A stretch of DNA of 64,000 bases from an uncultured Bacteroidales bacterium (GTDB lineage: Bacteria > Bacteroidota > Bacteroidia > Bacteroidales > B18-G4): positions 188,871-252,870 of the forward strand of contig CAZHFC010000001.1 of the NCBI GenBank assembly GCA_964531985.1, read 5' to 3'. Shown here in pieces: positions 17,745-24,360 of this stretch (its first letter is position 1; each line of letters opens with the position of its first letter). The position numbers and the translations under genes are program-made. The notes beneath the pieces were generated by a model. That model worked only from the letters and a program-made list of their open reading frames with translations. It did no database searches and had not been told where the DNA came from.

Positions 17745-18959
17745 TTAGAAATTATAACTGAGACCGATTCCCGGAATTGCCGTGATGACTTTATACTTTC
17801 CGCCGAAATTTGCCGGTTTGTACCACTTCTCTGTTTCCAGACCGTGTAACTGTATATAGGAAAGGTCAATGCTCAGGTTTTTCACCGGGGCAATGCTAAC
17901 ACCCAATGTCCATCCTATGGTGTTCAGGCTCACGGTTTCGGGGTTGAAGTAGTCGTCGTTGGTCGGTGAGGGGTCGTAATATAAACCGGCCCTGAAAGTA
18001 AAGGTGTTGTTCATGGCATACTGTGCGCCAATACGCCCGATCAGAGAGTTTTTGTATTCCCTGGGGTTTGCCGAACCAAGCAGTTCATTCTGCTCTTCGA
18101 ATGTAAATTCCAGCTCTTCATAAATGCTCCACATCACGTAGTTCATTTCAAGGGCCAGTGTGAATTTTTCCGTGAATTCATATGCAATGCCGATGTCAAG
18201 GTTGGCAGGCATGGGAAGTTCGGCATTGAATTTGTTTTTTTCGGGGATGCTTGATGAAAGGGCAGCGGGTACATTGAAAGTGGCATCGCCCCCCTCAACT
18301 TTCATCATTATCTGGGAACGATAGTCAATCCCGATGCTGAGATTTTCCACCGGTCTTACCATCACACCTGCATTGAAACCGATGTTGCCGGCTGTCCCGC
18401 TCAGTTCCACCGAGGAGTTGTCATTGTATGGCAGGGCCTTGTTCAGGTCAACTTTTCCATAGGCATACACAAACCCGGCGCCGATGGAAATAAACTCGTT
18501 GATCTTATAGCCAATGGTTGGTTGAAAGTAGATGGCCGAAAGCGAAATGTTCTGTATCAGGTAGCGACCGGCCCAGTCGTCATCCCATTTGGCTGAACTG
18601 CCAAAGGGGGTATACACGCCAAGACCGATAGACAGCTTGTCGGTGATCATGCCGGCTCCGTAAAAATAGAAGGGAGTACCTGTCGGGTTATCGGTGCGTG
18701 CCTGGTAATCGGTGGCATTTTTCTGAAACACGGCATTGGCCATAATTCCGCTTACACCCGCGGAAAAACTGAATTTCGTTTCCATCATCGAGAGGCCGCC
18801 GGGATTATAGAAGATACTGCTTGCACCCAGCGCAAAGGGGGAACCTACCAACCCCATTCCGGTTTGTTTCTGTCCCTGCAGCCTGACCTGGTAGCCACCG
18901 GCAGTGGCAACCCACGACATCATCGTTACAAGGAACACAAATAATAATAGTCTTTTCAT
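17745..18959 (-). CDS. FadL/OmpP1/TodX-family outer-membrane hydrophobic-compound channel
   Basis: About 404 aa, starting at MKRLLLFVFLVTMMSWVATA (the track ORF extends to 18989). Mature N-terminus GGYQVRLQGQKQTGMGLVGSPFA resembles the FadL hatch (AGFQLNE..S..G.GRA). Alternating beta-strand pattern and a terminal aromatic residue (..LSYNF). Confidence 0.8.
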   Translation of the reverse strand: MKRLLLFVFLVTMMSWVATAGGYQVRLQGQKQTGMGLVGSPFALGASSIFYNPGGLSMMETKFSFSAGVSGIMANAVFQKNATDYQARTDNPTGTPFYFYGAGMITDKLSIGLGVYTPFGSSAKWDDDWAGRYLIQNISLSAIYFQPTIGYKINEFISIGAGFVYAYGKVDLNKALPYNDNSSVELSGTAGNIGFNAGVMVRPVENLSIGIDYRSQIMMKVEGGDATFNVPAALSSSIPEKNKFNAELPMPANLDIGIAYEFTEKFTLALEMNYVMWSIYEELEFTFEEQNELLGSANPREYKNSLIGRIGAQYAMNNTFTFRAGLYYDPSPTNDDYFNPETVSLNTIGWTLGVSIAPVKNLSIDLSYIQLHGLETEKWYKPANFGGKYKVITAIPGIGLSYNF

Positions 18960-19054
18960 GGTGAGTTTTTTGGTTAATAATAGCGGCAAGATAGAAAAAA
19001 TTTTAACAAAAAATTAATATCGAAAAAAAAGCATTCTTATATGTGTGTGATTTT

Positions 19055-20833
19055 TCAGAACCTGGCGGTCAGGCCAAAATGCACCTTTGCAGTCTTAAAC
19101 TGCAGGGGTTGCCCATATCCGCTGCCAAGGGCATAGCTCAGGTTAAAGATACCGGCCCTGGTTTCGAAGCTTAGGCCGGCACCAAAGCCATAAGGGGTGT
19201 CATTCATGTATCCCGAATATAAGCGTTGTTCATAAAATGCCCCGTCGAAGAACAGCTGAAAAAAAGAGTTCCTGTCGAAAAGGAAACGAAATTCGAATGT
19301 CATGACTGAATACAGTGAAGCAGTGATTGCTTCCTCATCAAATCCCCTCAGGCTTTTCAGCCCGCCGATGCGGAAGAGCTCATTGCTGAATAGGTTTTTA
19401 TTTTCCAGGTACCCGCTTTTATTAGCGATCATGAATGTTGTCTTCATGAACAGGGGAATGAAAAGCCGCGCATTCAGCCTGAGTTTGTATATGCTGCTGC
19501 TAAGCGGGATATCTTCGTATAGCTCCTGTTTGATCTCATCATTTTTCCTGATCTTTCTGCTGCCGGTTGAGCCACTGAAATCCAGGCCAAAGCCCTTGCG
19601 CGGGTTAAAGCGGTAATCGAGCCTGCTGTAAAAAAGCTGGAGACCATACATATTCGATGTAACGCCGGCATATTCGGGAAGCGTACTTAGCGATTCGAGC
19701 CCCTCGCTGCTCAAAAGGCTGGATCGCTGGTTTTCGTAAAAGGCCATCACATGGTTATTGCCGCTGAACAATACCTGTATACCCAAATTATTGGCCAGGG
19801 TGAGGTAAGATGTGTCTTTTTTGAATAACTGCAATTTATAGTCGAATCCGAATGGTGTTGAGAACAGGAAAGGGTAATTAAGGTGGATATTCAGGTCCTG
19901 GCTCTGGGCTTCCAGTTTTCGCCAGTTAAAATCGATGAGCTCGCCACGGTTCAGAGCATTGAGAAGTTTCAGTTTTACATCGCCCGTCAGGAGCAAACCT
20001 CCGCTGGTAGTCTCATTCGGTGCAATCCCGATGATGCCGTCGAACTGGCTGGCACGCTGCTTGTCAAGGTAAAGAATGATCTTTGCCTTTTCATCTATGA
20101 ATGCCACTTCGGGCGGACGTATCATTTGCAAATATGGCAATTCGCCCAACCTTCTTTCCATCTTCATGACCCGTCCCTCATTGTATAAATCACCCGCTTT
20201 TATCCTGAGATAATTGGTGATGTAGTTAATATGCAGATTCGAACTGCCTTTTACCATGATGGAGTCAATGCTAACTTTATGGTGTAAGTCAAGTTTCAGG
20301 CTTGCCGAAATACTGTTGTCCGGTTCAATGCGGATGCTGTCGAGCTGCACACTGGCAAAGGGGTAACCATTATTTTCACAGTAACGGAGAATGCTTTCAG
20401 CGAGCCTTGTAATTTCCTTCCGCTTGAAAGGCCTGTTGCTGTATAGGCGCTCCTTATAGCCACTTTGGGCCAGTATGTTGGGGTCGGCGTTGCCCGGCCT
20501 GATCATGGAAAGGGTATAGATATCACCCGTGTAAAGCCACGCTGAAACTGAAAGGGAGTCCTCTTTTACGGAATCTATGCTTGCTGTCAGATAACCTTTG
20601 CCGAAATAGTACTGTAAAACCTTGTTCAGTTCCTTGTGTGCGCTCAGGGTTCCGGCAGGCCTGGCATTATAGTTCAGGCGCTTCATGTTTTGCATGGTAT
20701 TGCTGTCGGCAGGGAGTATGCTCAGCGAAAACTGCTGGCTGAAGGCCATCTGCTGCAACAGCAACATAAAAGTGAGCAGCCATATGAATAATGCTTTGGG
20801 CATTCTTTCTTTACTATAACGGATAAACGACAA
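19055..20833 (-). CDS. Omp85/BamA-TamA-family outer-membrane protein (POTRA-like N-terminus plus surface-antigen beta-barrel)
   Basis: 592 aa. Signal peptide (a start at M11, 20803, is also possible). POTRA-like units (VSIDSIMVKGSSNLHINYITNYLRIKAGDLYN). Barrel motifs LRGFDE, FFDGAF, YGFGAGLSFETRAGIFNLSYA. Terminal F. Confidence 0.75.
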   Translation of the reverse strand: MSFIRYSKERMPKALFIWLLTFMLLLQQMAFSQQFSLSILPADSNTMQNMKRLNYNARPAGTLSAHKELNKVLQYYFGKGYLTASIDSVKEDSLSVSAWLYTGDIYTLSMIRPGNADPNILAQSGYKERLYSNRPFKRKEITRLAESILRYCENNGYPFASVQLDSIRIEPDNSISASLKLDLHHKVSIDSIMVKGSSNLHINYITNYLRIKAGDLYNEGRVMKMERRLGELPYLQMIRPPEVAFIDEKAKIILYLDKQRASQFDGIIGIAPNETTSGGLLLTGDVKLKLLNALNRGELIDFNWRKLEAQSQDLNIHLNYPFLFSTPFGFDYKLQLFKKDTSYLTLANNLGIQVLFSGNNHVMAFYENQRSSLLSSEGLESLSTLPEYAGVTSNMYGLQLFYSRLDYRFNPRKGFGLDFSGSTGSRKIRKNDEIKQELYEDIPLSSSIYKLRLNARLFIPLFMKTTFMIANKSGYLENKNLFSNELFRIGGLKSLRGFDEEAITASLYSVMTFEFRFLFDRNSFFQLFFDGAFYEQRLYSGYMNDTPYGFGAGLSFETRAGIFNLSYALGSGYGQPLQFKTAKVHFGLTARF

Positions 20834-20843
20834 GCCGGCAGGA

Positions 20844-21529
20844 TTAGTCTATTTTCCAGTCGATTTCGGGGTTGCCGGTCTTACGTAATATTTGGTTGGT
20901 CTTTGAAAAATGCCTGCAACCAAAAAATCCTCTCTGGGCGGACAGGGGAGAGGGGTGTGCAGCCGTCAGTACATAATGCCGTGTGCTGTCGATCATTGCC
21001 CTTTTGGCAATGGCATAGTTACCCCAAAGCAGAAAGACCAGGCCGTTTTTTCCTGCGAAAGGATGCGGATAACCGCGTCGGTAAACTCCTCCCAGCCTTT
21101 GTTCTGATGAGAACCGGCTGTATTGGCGCGCACCGTAAGGGTGGCATTGATAAGCAGAACCCCTTGCCTTGCCCACTTTTCAAGGTTCCCGTTTTTTGGG
21201 ATGGGATGGCCCAGGTCGTGCCCGATCTCTTTAAATATGTTTAACAGGGAAGGTGGTTTCGGGATCCCATCCGGGACCGAAAAACAAAGGCCATGTGCCT
21301 GCCCCGGGCCGTGATAGGGATCCTGTCCGATGATCACCACCTTAACCGCTTCAAAGGGCGTATGGTCAAATGCGGAAAAGATCATGGATCCTGGCGGGTA
21401 AACTTTATAATGTTGCTTTTCAGCGATCAGGAAATTTTTCAGCTCAATGAAATAGGGCGACTGGAATTCATTGGCTAAACGGGTTTTCCAGCTTTCTGCA
21501 ATTTTGGGATTTACAGGGGTATCAGTCAT
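20844..21529 (-). pseudogene. ung: uracil-DNA glycosylase (family 1), reading frame broken by a 1-nt shift in an A6 run
   Basis: ORF 20993-21529 carries VVIIGQDPYHGPGQAHGLCFSV...LLINATLTV...[20 protein letters not shown] 20844-21176 carries [12 protein letters not shown]...[14 protein letters not shown]. The frames switch at T6 (plus strand 21046-21051). One extra A on the coding strand gives the contiguous ..[14 protein letters not shown].. and a protein of about 228 aa. Confidence 0.85.
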
Positions 21530-21751
21530 TTTCTTGTTATTCTTGAAAGCAGTGGGTCAATTGTTGTTAAAAAAAGGCTATCTGTAAGGGTTCTAAAGTT
21601 GTTGGAAGCCGGGTTTCATTTGTTCGGGATTTCTGACCAAGGCCGGGAATATGCCAGTTATGCTTCAAAATTCTGAGCCGGGGTTTCCATGCATTTATTC
21701 CTGCATAAACAACAATATTTCATTTTTTTTGTTATTATTACGAAATGCAGT

Positions 21752-21759
21752 TATATTTG
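21752..21759 (+). promoter_or_regulatory. candidate -7 promoter box (TATATTTG) for the small lipoprotein gene
   Basis: Perfect TAnnTTTG, 27 nt upstream of the ATG at 21787. Confidence 0.4.
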
Positions 21760-21786
21760 TGACCTTAACGATTGAAATTCAAAAGC

Positions 21787-21927
21787 ATGTTTAAAAATAT
21801 TAAAAAAATTGCAATCATCGCTTCGGCCTTGGTATTATTTGCAATACTGGCCTCTTCCTGCCAGACTAATGAACGTTGCGCTGCTTACGGTGAATCATAT
21901 AAATACCAACGGGAACAAAACTACTGA
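21787..21927 (+). CDS. small (46-aa) putative lipoprotein, not in the ORF track
   Basis: My translation: MFKNIKKIAIIASALVLFAILASSCQTNERCAAYGESYKYQREQNY*. Basic N-region, hydrophobic core, lipobox LASS|C. A promoter box sits 27 nt upstream. It lies 58 nt upstream of the next + strand gene. Confidence 0.55.
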   Translation: MFKNIKKIAIIASALVLFAILASSCQTNERCAAYGESYKYQREQNY

Positions 21928-21985
21928 TCACCTGTTTCTCTATTGGTATACCGGTGCCGGCAGCATATTAAAAGCCTGATCGTCC

Positions 21986-22786
21986 ATGACATCATCGGTA
22001 AAAAACATACTTCTTGTTACCCTCCTTATCATGGCGGGTTTTTTTGTTTATGGACAGGAACAAACCGCCGGGCCGGAGCGAAAGGAAAAGGACCATCAGG
22101 CCGTTTATGATTCGATTTCCGAAAGGGTACTGCTCAGAAGAGAGTTTGCGGGCGGTTTGCTTTTGCACTCGCGCGGCTGGGGCTTCCATTTCAGAAAAGG
22201 CAGGAATATCAGTTTTTTTAAGTCCCTGCATTGGGAAGTTGATGCGGTCAGCATGAAGTCGCCCAAACAGATCAAAACGATCAATCCCTATTTTACGAAT
22301 TCAAAAAGTTACGTTTACGGCAAGTTGAACTACATGTATGTGATACGTGCCGGCCTGGGCTATAAGCGCCTGCTTAACCGTAAGCCCTACTGGGGCGGTG
22401 TTGAGCTCCGGTTTTCTTATTTCGGGGGTTTCTCCCTGGCACTGGCCAAGCCCGTGTATCTTTATATCATGAATGATTCGGTGGAAACAGATGATTTTAC
22501 CATTGATATTGAAAAATATGATCCGGAAATTCATGGTCTTGATAACATTTATGGCAGGGCACCCTTTACCCATGGCATCGGCAATACGACCCTGCATCCG
22601 GGTCTTTACCTGAAGACCGGTTTGAACTTCGAGTTCGGTGAATACAATACTTCAATAAAAGCTGTGGAGGTAGGTGCCATTCTCGATTATTACCCCATAC
22701 CGCTTTCCATTATGGCCTATGAACCCAGGCAGTCATTTTTCCTGACCTTCTATCTGGGGTTCAGCATCGGAAAAAGATATGATTAA
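21986..22786 (+). CDS. hypothetical exported protein (possible outer-membrane beta-barrel)
   Basis: 266 aa. Signal-like ILLVTLLIMAGFFVYGQ. Alternating aromatic/aliphatic strands (GVELRFSYFGGFSLALA, SFFLTFYLGFSIG). No motif I recognise. Confidence 0.6.
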   Translation: MTSSVKNILLVTLLIMAGFFVYGQEQTAGPERKEKDHQAVYDSISERVLLRREFAGGLLLHSRGWGFHFRKGRNISFFKSLHWEVDAVSMKSPKQIKTINPYFTNSKSYVYGKLNYMYVIRAGLGYKRLLNRKPYWGGVELRFSYFGGFSLALAKPVYLYIMNDSVETDDFTIDIEKYDPEIHGLDNIYGRAPFTHGIGNTTLHPGLYLKTGLNFEFGEYNTSIKAVEVGAILDYYPIPLSIMAYEPRQSFFLTFYLGFSIGKRYD

Positions 22787-22817
22787 AAAAGGCCGCCCGG
22801 AGGCGGCCCTTTTTTTT
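22785..22817. terminator. bidirectional rho-independent terminator between convergent genes
   Basis: A6 (22785-22790), 7-bp GC stem ggccgcc (22791-22797) pairing with ggcggcc (22802-22808), loop cgga, then cT8 (22809-22817). Confidence 0.8.
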
Positions 22818-24318
22818 ACCTGTGAATGGTTATTTTTTGTGAATAGGTTTGCGTTCCGTTTGTGAGCCTCAGGATATAAATGCCGTTGGCCAGTTTGCCC
22901 ATGTCAAAAGAATGGATGGTATTGCCCTGTACAATATTTATTTCAGCCTCCAGGTGGATCTGGCCGAGAAGGTCCATAACATGCATTTTTACCAAAGGAT
23001 TGTCCGTTTCCCTGATGTCGATATGCAGTGTCCCGCCTGTGGGGTTTGGGAAGATGTTGATATTTCCGGCATCAAAGGCAGTTTCACCAATCCCGATCTC
23101 CTCTTCGGTGGTAAATGACCATACATCGCTCCATTGTGTGGTATCAAGGGCGTGTACTGCGCGGCACCTCCAGTAATAGCTCGTGCCTTTTTCCAGAATT
23201 ACGATAACCTGGTAGAAATTGTCGCTTCCCGGAATCGTGTCGTCGCAGCAGGGGTCGGTAAATGCCGCTGAGGTATTATATTGTATCTGGAAATAATTAA
23301 CCCCGGTTACAGGCGCCCATTCCAGGCGGGGATTGATCGGAGTGCCTGTAGCTTCATTGGCTGGTGACGTCAGGTTAACCGTGTTGATGACGGTAAAGTT
23401 CCTTACTTCAGACCAAACGGTGGTGTCGTTTGCATGATTGGCCCTTACACGCCAGAAATACTGATTGCCAAAGTGAAGGTATCCGTCAGTGGTATATGAC
23501 AATCCTTCAATGATCATAGAAGTGGCATCGTTAAAGCCATCATTGTCGGCTATTTGTATCGTATAATTAATAACACCGGGGATGGCCTTCCATGTCAGAT
23601 CATTTTTCAGGCCCAGGTCAACTGAATTATTATTGGGTTTGTCGAGTGTAACGGTTTCAAGAACAGTAAATTTCCTGACCTCTGACCAATCACTGACATC
23701 TTCGGCGTGGCCGGCTCTTGCCCTCCAGTGATACTCTTCTCCAAAGAGCAGGAAACTGGCATTCACCTCATAAGACGTATTTGTTTTATGGAAAAGCGCC
23801 GGGCTGTCGAAATTAGCGGATGTGTCTGCTTCAAACTCAAAATAGTCCACGCCTGTGATAATGACAGGGCCAATCCTGTCCCTGCAGGCAAGCAGAACGT
23901 TCGGGTTTTGGTTAGAGGCATTGGCATTGGGCTTGTTCAATGCCGGTGCGTCGAAGACCGTGAAAGAAGATATCTCGGACCAGCCGGAAACATCATCGCC
24001 TTCAATCGCCCTTACCCTCCAGAAATATTCCTGGTTAAAAAGAAGATTTTCCATCTGGATACCCGTAAACTCGGTCAGGTCAAAAACAACCGGTGTGTCA
24101 AAGGCATCGGTTATGTCGAGCTGGAGTTCGTATTGCACTATACCGCCCGTACCTGCAACAGCTCCCCAGTTGAGGATAACGTCAGGCATCTGTCCGCTGG
24201 CACCATTGGATGGTTCCTGTGGATTGGGTGGATAGACCCTGTCCTGGGCAGATAAACCGGTGATGGCGATCACCATGATTATAAGCAGCGTGGATAACAA
24301 ATTTTTCATCTTGTTCAT
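22816..24318 (-). CDS. T9SS-sorted protein with four tandem FN3/Ig-like repeats
   Basis: 500 aa with a signal peptide. Four repeats of about 95 aa, each ending in a Y.WR.RA....(D/T).S.WSE...FTV pattern (QEYFWRVRA, EEYHWRARA, NQYFWRVRA, TSYYWRCRA). C-terminal FPNPTGGTLHI...GIYILRL...KITIHR CTD. Confidence 0.75.
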   Translation of the reverse strand: MNKMKNLLSTLLIIMVIAITGLSAQDRVYPPNPQEPSNGASGQMPDVILNWGAVAGTGGIVQYELQLDITDAFDTPVVFDLTEFTGIQMENLLFNQEYFWRVRAIEGDDVSGWSEISSFTVFDAPALNKPNANASNQNPNVLLACRDRIGPVIITGVDYFEFEADTSANFDSPALFHKTNTSYEVNASFLLFGEEYHWRARAGHAEDVSDWSEVRKFTVLETVTLDKPNNNSVDLGLKNDLTWKAIPGVINYTIQIADNDGFNDATSMIIEGLSYTTDGYLHFGNQYFWRVRANHANDTTVWSEVRNFTVINTVNLTSPANEATGTPINPRLEWAPVTGVNYFQIQYNTSAAFTDPCCDDTIPGSDNFYQVIVILEKGTSYYWRCRAVHALDTTQWSDVWSFTTEEEIGIGETAFDAGNINIFPNPTGGTLHIDIRETDNPLVKMHVMDLLGQIHLEAEINIVQGNTIHSFDMGKLANGIYILRLTNGTQTYSQKITIHR

Positions 24319-24360
24319 TTTTATAATGCGTTTGTTTTTTTTATTTCTGATATGATCATG

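Noticed and set aside
17745-18989. The FadL-like barrel could be the T9SS component PorV/LptO, which is also FadL-like.
   Set aside because: The mature N-terminus (GGYQVRLQGQKQTGMG) looks like a FadL/TodX hatch rather than what I recall of PorV. No porU or other T9SS machinery gene is adjacent. I could not verify this by alignment.
21046-21052. Programmed -1 ribosomal frameshifting or transcriptional slippage as the way ung is expressed.
   Set aside because: The zero-frame context GAA-AAA-ACG is not a canonical X-XXY-YYZ heptamer. I saw no downstream stimulatory structure. A6 is short for efficient polymerase slippage. A sequencing error or a true pseudogene are the simpler explanations. It is kept only as a minor alternative in the finding.
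21640-21790. A roughly 47-codon ORF (MPVMLQNSEPGFPCIYSC...) and loose repeats (gccgggtttca / gccggggtttcca) upstream of the small lipoprotein gene.
   Set aside because: There is no signal peptide, promoter box or recognisable motif, and the ORF runs through the candidate promoter of the lipoprotein gene. The repeats are short and imperfect.
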